A stretch of 64,000 nucleotides of DNA from a bacterium (GTDB lineage: Bacteria; Patescibacteriota; Gracilibacteria; Peribacterales; Peribacteraceae): contig JAQBVR010000003.1 in NCBI GenBank assembly GCA_027623015.1, positions 2,197 to 66,196 on the forward strand, read 5' to 3'. Positions 42,989-51,871 of the stretch are shown here, piece after piece. The position numbers and the translations under genes were made by a program. Below the pieces are notes generated by a model. That model was not told the DNA's origin. It did no database searches and worked only from the letters and a program-made list of their open reading frames with translations. Each line of letters starts with the position of its first letter. The stretch's first letter is position 1.

Positions 42989-44134
42989 CTAGCGTCCAAG
43001 CGTGCTATGAGCAGTTGCCAGGTGCCCCGCAGCCTGCGCAGCGAGGAGAGACACCTCTCCAGCAAGAACTGCTGCACCGATGCTTTCTGCCAAGTGTTTC
43101 TTGTCACCTCCTTGTGAGAGGAGTTCGAGGCATTGCCTCTGTGCAGGGAGGTCTGTGCCACCTCCTCGGAGTCCTACCAAGATGGCAGGGCAACGGACGG
43201 AGATCTTTAGGCCATCCTCTGTAGCTTCTACGGTAGTGTCTGCGAGTGAACCTTCTACGACGTGAGCAGCATCTTGACCTGTAGCAAGGTAGAGAGCGGC
43301 GATGACGTTTGCTGCGTGCATATTTGCTCCAAGTGCACCTGCAATTTTCGAACCTTCTATTAACTTGGCTCGTGCAACATTCATCATTGCCTCGTGGTCA
43401 GATTTGAGAATGTCTGTTATCACGGTAGTGGGGAGAGTGGCAGTCGCAGTGACTTCGTAACCACGTCCTTTTTCATGCGTTCTTTTACTTGGTTTTTTAT
43501 CGCTATCGACGTTTGCAGCGATCGTTATCAGTCTGCAGTTTTCATCATTTTCAACGATCCAATTTCCTACAGCTTCGGCAGCGATCGTCACCATGTTCAT
43601 GCCCATTGCCTCATCGGTATCGACGTTTATTGTGAGGAAGATGTGCTCGTTTGTTTCATCGATGTCGAAGTGCAAAACTTTAAGATGATTGCTTGTTTTT
43701 TCTGCGACTACTTTCCATGTTTCTTCGTTTTTTTCTAACAACTCTTTTACACGTTTTGTGTTTGTAGTTTTTATTGCAATCGACCGAGAGATACCATGAT
43801 GTATAGAAGACGTGTGTACACCTTTTGCACTATTTAATGCTTTGCAACCGCGGTTCACACTCGCAACAAGTGCGCCTTCCGTTGTAGCAAGCGGTAGGTG
43901 TACGTACATGTTTTTCTGTGAAGAAAAATACACGTGCAGTGGTCCCGCGTGTCCGACAGGGATGAGCATAGACCCGAACATGTTTTCACAGTTTTTTTCA
44001 TCACTGTGTCCTATGGTGGACGGTCGTTGTTCGAGCAAAGACAGGTCGCAGTCGCACTCATCTTCGATGCGCTTGCGACGCTCGGCGATCCTTTCTTTTG
44101 GGCTGCCTAGATTGGGTAAATTGCGGAGATCCAT
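42989..44134 (-). CDS. Hydroxymethylglutaryl-CoA reductase, class I
   Basis: ENMFGSMLIPVGHAGPL, TTEGALVASVNRGCKA, DAMGMNMV, GLRGGGT. Confidence 0.9.
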   Translation of the reverse strand: MDLRNLPNLGSPKERIAERRKRIEDECDCDLSLLEQRPSTIGHSDEKNCENMFGSMLIPVGHAGPLHVYFSSQKNMYVHLPLATTEGALVASVNRGCKALNSAKGVHTSSIHHGISRSIAIKTTNTKRVKELLEKNEETWKVVAEKTSNHLKVLHFDIDETNEHIFLTINVDTDEAMGMNMVTIAAEAVGNWIVENDENCRLITIAANVDSDKKPSKRTHEKGRGYEVTATATLPTTVITDILKSDHEAMMNVARAKLIEGSKIAGALGANMHAANVIAALYLATGQDAAHVVEGSLADTTVEATEDGLKISVRCPAILVGLRGGGTDLPAQRQCLELLSQGGDKKHLAESIGAAVLAGEVSLLAAQAAGHLATAHSTLGR

Positions 44135-44137
44135 ATT

Positions 44138-44214
44138 GTAGGGAGTAGGGAGTCGGGAGTAGGGAGTCGGGAGTAGGGAGTAGGGAATCGGGAATCGGGA
44201 GTAGGGGGTGGGTG
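44138..44214 (+). repeat. Tandem heptamer array (GTAGGGA/GTCGGGA/ATCGGGA), 10 clean units plus degenerate units
   Basis: Read directly. It starts 4 nt upstream of the HMGR ATG and fills most of the mvaD-HMGR spacer. Confidence 0.95.
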
Positions 44215-44227
44215 TAGGTTTTTTCTT

Positions 44228-45241
44228 CTAAGCTTTTTCTATCATGGAGGTTCCAGGTCCGACTGTCGTTTCAAATACGGTGCAGCCCTGTTGTGCGTTT
44301 GCGAAAGATAGTATGTCTGCGCGTGCATCTGGCGTACAGAAGAGGTGGACTGTGGGGCCTGCATCCATGGTATAGAGCACTTCGAGGTGCTTGCTAGATC
44401 GCAATTCTTTTACCTCTCCGAGGATGCGGTGTGTCTCGTTACTCAGGTACTTGAGAGGAGTAGAGCTGGTTTCCATGACATGGTGCATATCCATACAGTC
44501 TTCCTCTGAAACAACTTGACGCTTCTCGAAGTCTTTGTTCAAGATCGCACTTATACATTCACTCTGCCTGCGTGGCATCGCTTCGACACGCTGAGTCCAG
44601 TCTGGACTCGTCTGTGCGATGGCATGACCCTCTGTTGAGCCGACGGCTTTCTCTTCTTGGCTAGGTACGATGATGATGTCATAAAGAGGCCAGTGACTTT
44701 CGTCTGCTATCTGTACTCCCTTGGCAGTGTCTATGTCGTTACCGTCTCCTGCTTCGATGGCGCTAAACCCTCCGAATATACTTCGTGTTGCAGACCCTGA
44801 CCCCAGCCGAGCAATGACACTGACTTGCTCGTCATTGAGTTCCGTACCTCCAAAGCTGCCATAGCACTTTGCAATGCAACTAAAGACTGCAGCAGAGGAT
44901 GCAAGTCCGATACTTGGTGGGATGCCTGACTCTATAGTGATGGCGATGTTTTCGGGAATCATTTCCTCTATTCCGAGGAAGTGGAGATAGTGATTTGTTA
45001 GTTCTCGGTGTTTCATAAATCTTGCGATGTCTTTTTCTTCTAGGTTCTTTTCAGTTCCATCTGCAAGAAATGATCGTAGTGAAAAGTTCTCTGAATCTTC
45101 CACGGTGATATCTACACTCGGAGTATCTATCGTCATGCTGAGAGAGTCATAGGCTGGAAGGCGTAGATCGTTGTTACGGTTACCCCAATATTTGATGAGG
45201 GCAATGTTCGGCGTTGAGCGAGCTGTGACTTTCATGGTCAT
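44228..45241 (-). CDS. mvaD: Diphosphomevalonate decarboxylase family (GHMP); substrate not resolved
   Basis: NIALIKYWGNRN, GLASSAA, GSGSATRS. The start overlaps the mvk stop (TAATG). Confidence 0.85.
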   Translation of the reverse strand: MTMKVTARSTPNIALIKYWGNRNNDLRLPAYDSLSMTIDTPSVDITVEDSENFSLRSFLADGTEKNLEEKDIARFMKHRELTNHYLHFLGIEEMIPENIAITIESGIPPSIGLASSAAVFSCIAKCYGSFGGTELNDEQVSVIARLGSGSATRSIFGGFSAIEAGDGNDIDTAKGVQIADESHWPLYDIIIVPSQEEKAVGSTEGHAIAQTSPDWTQRVEAMPRRQSECISAILNKDFEKRQVVSEEDCMDMHHVMETSSTPLKYLSNETHRILGEVKELRSSKHLEVLYTMDAGPTVHLFCTPDARADILSFANAQQGCTVFETTVGPGTSMIEKA

Positions 45242-46128
45242 TATGATTTGAAGATTTCAAAAGGGGATTCGTCGATTGTCTTCTGCAGAATTGCGGGGTC
45301 AGGATGGAGAGCAAGTACCATGCCTCCACCACCGGTGTGACTCCCTGCGCCGATGATCTTAGCAGCTCCTCCATCTTGAACAATTTTTTTGATCAGTTCT
45401 TGCACTGCAAATGGGACTATCCCAATCCTACACTGGGCTTCGTGGTGTTTACGTACGATGCTAATTATGTCGGGATTTGGCTGATTCCACTTCTCTGTGC
45501 ACTGTCCGATAGTTTCCAAGGCTTCAGACATAGCAGGGTCTTTGTTTTGCATTGCCGTATCGATACTTGAGATGAGTTCAGGCGTGGATTCGTTTGGGGT
45601 TCCTGTATCGACCAATACGAAATTGACCTCTGGTAGGTCTACGAATTCTGGAGCTGACGTTTTGCGAAAGAGTACAGGACGGTTGTGCCAGATGACGGCA
45701 AAGTCTAGGCCACTGTGCCCTTGGTTTACTTCATCTTCGATCGCCATTGCTACCTCTTCACAGTCTGGGCCAAGTAAACATCGTGTGACTGCTATCACCA
45801 ATGCAGTAGAAGAGCCCATGCCTTTACCAAGAGGAAGGTGATTTACAATCTCTAGTTTTCCGAAAAGGTGGTTGTTTTGCTGATTGCAGAGAGAAATGAT
45901 CTGCTCAAGGTACGTATCCCATTCCTGTCCTCCTGCTATCCCGTGCCAGGAGATTTCTAGGTCTGACCTACTAAGGTCTTCTGTAAAAGTTGCTTCAATT
46001 CCAATATTTGCAGGAATAGCGATACCAGGGTAGCCATATACTACTGCGTACTCTCCACTGAGGATGATCTTGCCGGTGGCTTTTTCATGATTAACCACCA
46101 AACCGTCTGGTACGCTTTGCAAATGCAC
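45241..46128 (-). CDS. mvk: Mevalonate kinase (GHMP)
   Basis: KIILSGEYAVVYGYPGIAIP, LPLGKGMGSSTA, GAGSHTGGGG. Alternative starts are GTG 46098 and TTG 46101. Confidence 0.85.
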   Translation of the reverse strand: MHLQSVPDGLVVNHEKATGKIILSGEYAVVYGYPGIAIPANIGIEATFTEDLSRSDLEISWHGIAGGQEWDTYLEQIISLCNQQNNHLFGKLEIVNHLPLGKGMGSSTALVIAVTRCLLGPDCEEVAMAIEDEVNQGHSGLDFAVIWHNRPVLFRKTSAPEFVDLPEVNFVLVDTGTPNESTPELISSIDTAMQNKDPAMSEALETIGQCTEKWNQPNPDIISIVRKHHEAQCRIGIVPFAVQELIKKIVQDGGAAKIIGAGSHTGGGGMVLALHPDPAILQKTIDESPFEIFKS

Positions 46129-46786
46129 TCACTGCAGTATCGAGATCTTCGGTCGTGAAGTCGGGGAAGAACTTGTCTACGAAGTCCCATTCGCTATAGG
46201 CAGACTGCCACAAAAAGAAGTTGCTTGTGCGGTGCTCTCCTGATGTACGGATGATGAGGTCGAGGTTTGGCAGATTTGGTTGATCGAGATGCTTTTGTAC
46301 TTCTTCATCAGTGAATTGCATATTTGTTGTGAGCTGTGAGTTGTGAGTTGTGAGCTTGCTCATGGCACGAAGCAGCTCGTCTTTGCCACCGTAGTCGAGA
46401 GCGAGGTGAATGGTCGCTTTTGCATTATCTTTTGTTTCGGATTCGATCTCTTCGATGAGTATAGCAAGTGAAGAGGGTATGCGATCTTTGCGACCAGAGT
46501 GGAGAAAGCGAATGTTATTTTCTGCAAATGATGCACGTTCATCGTTGAGATACTGCTCAAGCATATCCATGAGCATGCCTATTTCTTTCTCATCGCGTTT
46601 CCAGTTTTCGGTCGAGAAGCACCAGATAGTGAGGATGCTCACTCGAGGATCTACTCTGCACCACTCGGTGATGGATCGAAAGATATTGATAGCCTTACGA
46701 TGCCCTTCCCAAGGATCTAAACTCTGATTCTTCGCCCATCGGCGATTGCCGTCTGGGATGATAGCTATGTGGAGGGGGGTATCCAT
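46091..46786 (-). CDS. uppS: Undecaprenyl (cis-prenyl) diphosphate synthase
   Basis: HIAIIPDGNRRWA, FSTENWKR, IRTSGEHRTSNFFLWQ. Confidence 0.92.
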   Translation of the reverse strand: MDTPLHIAIIPDGNRRWAKNQSLDPWEGHRKAINIFRSITEWCRVDPRVSILTIWCFSTENWKRDEKEIGMLMDMLEQYLNDERASFAENNIRFLHSGRKDRIPSSLAILIEEIESETKDNAKATIHLALDYGGKDELLRAMSKLTTHNSQLTTNMQFTDEEVQKHLDQPNLPNLDLIIRTSGEHRTSNFFLWQSAYSEWDFVDKFFPDFTTEDLDTAVSAFAKRTRRFGG

Positions 46787-46792
46787 TTAGGG

Positions 46793-47338
46793 TCAGGGAG
46801 TAGGGCGTAGGTAGTCGGGAGTGGATAGGTTAAGAATTTGGTGTAGTCCTAACTGGAACCATATAGCATAATCTTCTCTCTTCGATGCCATATCTGCAAT
46901 AAGCGTATCTACATGTCTCCATTCCAGCGATTCCACTTCATCTGGATCTGGCTTCATTTCGATATCGCCATCGACTTGTCCTGTAAGAAGTGTAACGAAC
47001 TCATGCTCAGATCCTGCTCTATTTGGCGATTCTTCTTGATATACCAGTGTACTATGCACTGAGAGATCGGGGCTTTTTATGCCACATTCTTCCATGACAC
47101 GCTTTGGTGCAACTTCTTCCTCTGTCTGCCCTACTCGTGGGTGACTACAACAGGTATTTGCGAGAATACGAGGCCAGAGTGGCTTGCTTGCACTGCGACG
47201 CTGCACAAGAAGTTCACGCTTGCCATCGCGAAAGAGATATACAGAAAAAGCTCTATGGAGTTTCCCTGGGCTCTTGTGCGCATCTTCCCACGACGCTTCT
47301 CCATTCTGGTCGCCTGCAGTATCACAGAGAATTAACAT
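46793..47338 (-). CDS. idi: Isopentenyl-diphosphate delta-isomerase, type 1 (Nudix)
   Basis: LHRAFSVYLF, WPRILANTCCSHP, EHEF. ATG start 6 nt after CATAAT; the track GTG start is at 47353. Confidence 0.85.
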   Translation of the reverse strand: MLILCDTAGDQNGEASWEDAHKSPGKLHRAFSVYLFRDGKRELLVQRRSASKPLWPRILANTCCSHPRVGQTEEEVAPKRVMEECGIKSPDLSVHSTLVYQEESPNRAGSEHEFVTLLTGQVDGDIEMKPDPDEVESLEWRHVDTLIADMASKREDYAIWFQLGLHQILNLSTPDYLRPTP

Positions 47339-47415
47339 GAGGTAATTATGCACACGTATTGGCTCTTTTGTAAGAATCTAGTATTCTTTTTCTGCAATTA
47401 TTCCTCATTTCACCT

Positions 47416-48522
47416 ATGACAGACACAACGAATCCCTCAGATTTTGTCTCCGACTTTGTTTCGAAAGGTACTGGTGACCTTTCTATTATGAATGATGTGT
47501 ACCTTGGGAACTCAGTTTTAGATTGGGTGACTGCCATTGTTGTGTTTGTATTGGCTCTCATAGCTTTGAACATCTTCAAGCGTGTGATCATTTGTCATAT
47601 GAAAAAGCTTGCATCGAAAACGAAGGGGCATCTCGATGATGCTGTTATTGAGTATCTAGAAAACATCAGTAGTGGCTTCTACAAAATGATGGCCATCTAT
47701 GCCGCTGTGCAGGATCTATCCTTACCATCAATTGTGCAATTAGTTCTTCGTGCTGCATTTCTTCTTATGGTTGTTTCGGAAGTCATCAAGATCATTCAGA
47801 GTGTCATACAGTATGCTCTTGCTAAGAAGACTGGTACGAATACTGCAGAAGACAAAGCGATCTCTGGCGCATTGCTCCTTATTCTCCGTATAGCGCTGTG
47901 GATGATGGGTATTTTGCTTGTACTTTCAAATCTTGGTTTCAATATCAATTCCCTTATTGCTAGCTTAGGTATTGGAGGTTTGGCTATTTCATTGGCGCTT
48001 CAGCCAGTGCTTACAGACATCTTCAGTTCGTTTTCTATTGCTTTGGATAAGCCGTTTGAGGAAGGTGACTTTATCGTGTGTGGGGAATTTAAAGGAGACG
48101 TGAAGAAAATAGGACTCAAGACCACACGCCTGATAGCTTTGCAGGGAGAAGAATTGGTTATCTCGAATACTGAGCTTACCAATGCACGTGTACAGAACTT
48201 CAAAAAAATGAAGAAGCGACGTGTCGTATTTAGTATTGGTGTGAAGTATGGAACGTCGCCTGATCAGATTCGTGCGATTCAAGCTATGATCCAAAAGACT
48301 ATTGATGAACATGAGCATACGGAGTTCAATCGCGCGCATTTCTATGAGTTTGGAGAATCCAATCTTCATTTCGAAATCGTCTACTTTATGCTTTCGGGTG
48401 ACTATGCTGAATATATGGATGCCCAGCAGTCTATTAATCTTTCGATCATGGAAGGCCTAGAAAAGATTGGTGTCGAGATGGCTTTCCCAACGAGAACTGT
48501 GCACATGGTCAAAGATGTTTAA
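47416..48522 (+). CDS. Mechanosensitive ion channel (MscS family)
   Basis: TM helices followed by GDFIVCGEFKGDVKKIGLKTTRLIALQGEELVISNTELTNARVQNF. Confidence 0.85.
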   Translation: MTDTTNPSDFVSDFVSKGTGDLSIMNDVYLGNSVLDWVTAIVVFVLALIALNIFKRVIICHMKKLASKTKGHLDDAVIEYLENISSGFYKMMAIYAAVQDLSLPSIVQLVLRAAFLLMVVSEVIKIIQSVIQYALAKKTGTNTAEDKAISGALLLILRIALWMMGILLVLSNLGFNINSLIASLGIGGLAISLALQPVLTDIFSSFSIALDKPFEEGDFIVCGEFKGDVKKIGLKTTRLIALQGEELVISNTELTNARVQNFKKMKKRRVVFSIGVKYGTSPDQIRAIQAMIQKTIDEHEHTEFNRAHFYEFGESNLHFEIVYFMLSGDYAEYMDAQQSINLSIMEGLEKIGVEMAFPTRTVHMVKDV

Positions 48523-50152
48523 GTTACTCGTTCCTCGTTACTTGCCTGCCCCTCGTAGCCTTGGCGTAGTAGGGTTCCTCGTTGTCATCTTGGTAGCTGG
48601 GGCTGTGTATTACCCCGTCCTTGGCTTTGATTTTATCAATTTAGATGATCCACAGCTGGTGTATCAAAACTACCTCGTACGTAGCTTCTCGCCGAAGATC
48701 TTTACGACGTATGACCCCGAACTATATATACCTCTCACCTTATTGACGTATCAGATCGAGCATGCGTTTATTGGCTTACAGCCACTGTATTATCATTTAG
48801 TTAATCTGATCATTCATGGAGCAAATGCCATGTTACTTCTTTGTATTCTTAGGAAGTTGCTTCGCACGGACTCGTGGCTCTTACCGCTTCTTGGAGCATT
48901 GATCTTTGTCGTCCATCCACTTCACACAGAGACAGTCGTGTGGGTAAGTGCACGGAAAGATCTACTCTCTGGATTCTTTTTCTTGTTTGCATTACTCAGT
49001 TATCTTCACAACAAGAAGAAGGCGGGTATCTTGTTTTTTGTACTAGCACTACTCTCGAAGGTTACGGCCATTACATTGATCCCTGTTCTATTTCTGGTAG
49101 ATTTCTTACAGGGCAAACCTCTCACGCGTGCATCTATCACATCCAAATTGCCGTACATGGCTCTTGGTACTGTCTTTTCTGGCATCGCACTTGGTGGGAA
49201 AACTGAGAATCTCTCTGCACTGAGCATTGCGGAATTTGTATTACTTGCGTGCAAGAGTGTCATTTTCTATCTACAGAAGCTCGTAGTCCCCACGGACCTT
49301 TCGATCTTGTACCCGTGGACGGAGCCGATAGTCCTTTTGTCATTTGACTTCATGTTACCTGTACTCTTGTTTTTGGTTGTTGTGTTGATGCTTGTCTTTA
49401 CCTGGCAACATAAGAAAGACGTGTTCTTTGGTCTTGCATTCTTTTTGGTAACATTGGCTCCGAGTCTGTTGACCTTTTCCAAGGCAGGAGATGTATACTT
49501 CGCGTCCGATAGGTATGCGTACATCCCTTCGATTGGGATCATCTACTTGCTACTGATCTGGATCGCTCAGTCCCGATTGCGTTCCAATACCGTTATGACA
49601 TTGGGCGTGATCTTGCTTATAACGTTTGGAGTAGCATCACGCAACCACTCACAGGTATGGCGTAATAGTGAAGTATTGTTTTTAGATGTTCTCACGAAAT
49701 ATCCTCAAGCACATATATCAGAGGAAAACTTAGGTCATCTCTACTTGATGGATGGAAGAACTGAAGAGGCGGTTGCACATCTTGAGAGGGCACTTACTCT
49801 CAAAAGTACCTCGTTTGCTGCACACAATAATCTTGGGTTTATCCGCATGATGCAGGGGCAATATAGGACTGGTCTTGCACACTTTCAGGCATCTATAGAG
49901 TTGAACAGTGCTTACGCTCCTGCACACGTAAATGTTGGAGTTTGGCATGCAAAGCAGGGGGATTACGCTATAGCAGAACAGGCGCTCAAAAATGCTATCG
50001 AACTCGACCCATACATGGCACAGGCGTACTTCAACCTAGCTGGTGTGTACCTCAAGCGTGGAGATGATGTCAGTGCGAAGGCATTTTATGCTAAAACACT
50101 AGAGCTTGAACCAGGTCACCCAGATGCTATTCGACAACTACAAACATGGTAA
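48515..50152 (+). CDS. TMTC-like GT-C membrane protein with C-terminal TPR repeats (DUF1736-type)
   Basis: FINLDDPQLVYQN, VHPLHTETVVWVSARKDLLSGFFF, then four or more TPR units. The start overlaps the mscS end. Confidence 0.7.
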   Translation: MFKLLVPRYLPAPRSLGVVGFLVVILVAGAVYYPVLGFDFINLDDPQLVYQNYLVRSFSPKIFTTYDPELYIPLTLLTYQIEHAFIGLQPLYYHLVNLIIHGANAMLLLCILRKLLRTDSWLLPLLGALIFVVHPLHTETVVWVSARKDLLSGFFFLFALLSYLHNKKKAGILFFVLALLSKVTAITLIPVLFLVDFLQGKPLTRASITSKLPYMALGTVFSGIALGGKTENLSALSIAEFVLLACKSVIFYLQKLVVPTDLSILYPWTEPIVLLSFDFMLPVLLFLVVVLMLVFTWQHKKDVFFGLAFFLVTLAPSLLTFSKAGDVYFASDRYAYIPSIGIIYLLLIWIAQSRLRSNTVMTLGVILLITFGVASRNHSQVWRNSEVLFLDVLTKYPQAHISEENLGHLYLMDGRTEEAVAHLERALTLKSTSFAAHNNLGFIRMMQGQYRTGLAHFQASIELNSAYAPAHVNVGVWHAKQGDYAIAEQALKNAIELDPYMAQAYFNLAGVYLKRGDDVSAKAFYAKTLELEPGHPDAIRQLQTW

Positions 50153-51789
50153 ATTTCCTTCTCCAGTATCGGTTGCCACTCATTGCGATCGTTCTAATAA
50201 CAGTGGGAGTGTATCTACCAGTCTTTGGTTTTGATTTTGTGAATTTCGACGATCCTCAGTTGGTATATGAGAACCCTTTCATACAGAATTTCTCCCTGAA
50301 GATCTTTACGACATATGACCCTGAGCTCTACATCCCTCTTACATTGCTTTCGTATCAGGTAGAGCATGCAATATTTGGGTTAAATCCAGCAGCTTTTCAT
50401 CTGACAAATGTGCTCCTTCATATAGCAAATGCCGTGATGGTTTTCATGGTTTTGCTGAAGCTAAAGCGCAATTCTTCTAGTTATCTTCTGCCATTTATTG
50501 GAGCATTACTCTTTGCAGTTCATCCTCTTCATACAGAGGCTGTAGTGTGGGTGAGTGCGCGAAAGGATCTACTTTCTGGCTTTTTCTTTTTACTGTCACT
50601 GCTGCTGTATATGCATAAAAGGCGATTAATTTTCTGGAGTATTGGCGCTTTTGTATTGGCACTACTCTCCAAAGTAACAGCAATCACTCTCATACCAGTT
50701 CTTCTTCTCGTAGATTGGCGAGATACGAAGAGGTTTACGGTGCGGTCTGTCATCGAAAAATGGCCGTATATCTTCTTAGGAATCGTATTTGCGATCATTG
50801 CCTACATTGGTAAGACGTCAAACCTCACAGCGTTTTCTGCAGTGGAGTTTGCATTACTTGCTTGCAAAAGTATTGCGTTCTACGTTCAGAAGCTCTTTGT
50901 GCCTTCAGACCTATACGTGCTGTATCTCTGGAAAGGATTTATTTACCTACTGTCACCGAGCATCGCTCTGACAGTTCTTCTCTGTATCGCGATCGGCATT
51001 ACCCTTTGGATAAGTTATAGGCGCAGCAGTGACGTGCTCTTTGGACTAGCTTTCTTTTGTATAACGCTTGCTCCAAGTCTTTTGACATTTTCCAAAGCGG
51101 GACATATTTACTTCGCATCCGATCGCTATGCGTATATCCCATCTATCGGAATCATCTTCCTTTTGGTGCTCCTTCTTTCACGCTGTGTCAACTCTCGTCG
51201 TTGTCAGATAATTACTGCGGTTAGTGGCTTGTGTGTCGTCAGTGTGTTTGCTGTTATGGCACGTGCACAATCTGCAATTTGGCATGATAGCCCAACGTTG
51301 TATCAGCATGTATTGGCGCATGACCCTGAGTCGTATATCGCATTAAATAATTTGGGTGTGCTCATGCTTGAAAACCATCAGTATGAAGATGCTCTTTGGC
51401 ACCTTGAACGTGCAGCAAGTGTAAAAGAAGACTATACCTCTGCTATGCTCAACATGGGAGTAGCGCACTATTATTTAGGAAATCTAGAAGAAGCTGAAGA
51501 GGTAACTGCACGTGTGACAGTACTTCGCCCAAGTATGCTTAAGGGTTGGTTCAGTCTGGGGTGGATCTATGAACAAGAAGGGAAGTACGAAGAAGCGTTA
51601 CAAGCGTTTGCTACTGCTTTAGAAATCGATGATACAGATCCTCAAGTGCACTGGCACATTGGCCATGTGTACGGCAAACAAGGGAAGTACAAAGCTGGTT
51701 TAGATGCGTATAGGAAGGCGATGGCACTTGACCCAGCATATGAGAAGCAGCTTGAGACTGTAGATGCGTTGATGGTTCCTGGTTCCTAG
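50146..51789 (+). CDS. TMTC-like GT-C membrane protein with C-terminal TPR repeats, paralogue
   Basis: FVNFDDPQLVYEN, VHPLHTEAVVWVSARKDLLSGFFF, TPR units. Overlaps the upstream paralogue by 7 nt. Confidence 0.7.
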   Translation: MVNFLLQYRLPLIAIVLITVGVYLPVFGFDFVNFDDPQLVYENPFIQNFSLKIFTTYDPELYIPLTLLSYQVEHAIFGLNPAAFHLTNVLLHIANAVMVFMVLLKLKRNSSSYLLPFIGALLFAVHPLHTEAVVWVSARKDLLSGFFFLLSLLLYMHKRRLIFWSIGAFVLALLSKVTAITLIPVLLLVDWRDTKRFTVRSVIEKWPYIFLGIVFAIIAYIGKTSNLTAFSAVEFALLACKSIAFYVQKLFVPSDLYVLYLWKGFIYLLSPSIALTVLLCIAIGITLWISYRRSSDVLFGLAFFCITLAPSLLTFSKAGHIYFASDRYAYIPSIGIIFLLVLLLSRCVNSRRCQIITAVSGLCVVSVFAVMARAQSAIWHDSPTLYQHVLAHDPESYIALNNLGVLMLENHQYEDALWHLERAASVKEDYTSAMLNMGVAHYYLGNLEEAEEVTARVTVLRPSMLKGWFSLGWIYEQEGKYEEALQAFATALEIDDTDPQVHWHIGHVYGKQGKYKAGLDAYRKAMALDPAYEKQLETVDALMVPGS

Positions 51790-51871
51790 TTCCTAGTATT
51801 GTGTATATACAATGTATTACATTATATTTTTTTACTGTTTGAACCGCAGATGCGACAATATGTATACCTCT

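Noticed and set aside
44138-44214. Possible CRISPR array.
   Set aside because: The period is 7 nt with no spacers, and there are no cas genes in the window. It is a microsatellite-like heptamer array, not a CRISPR.
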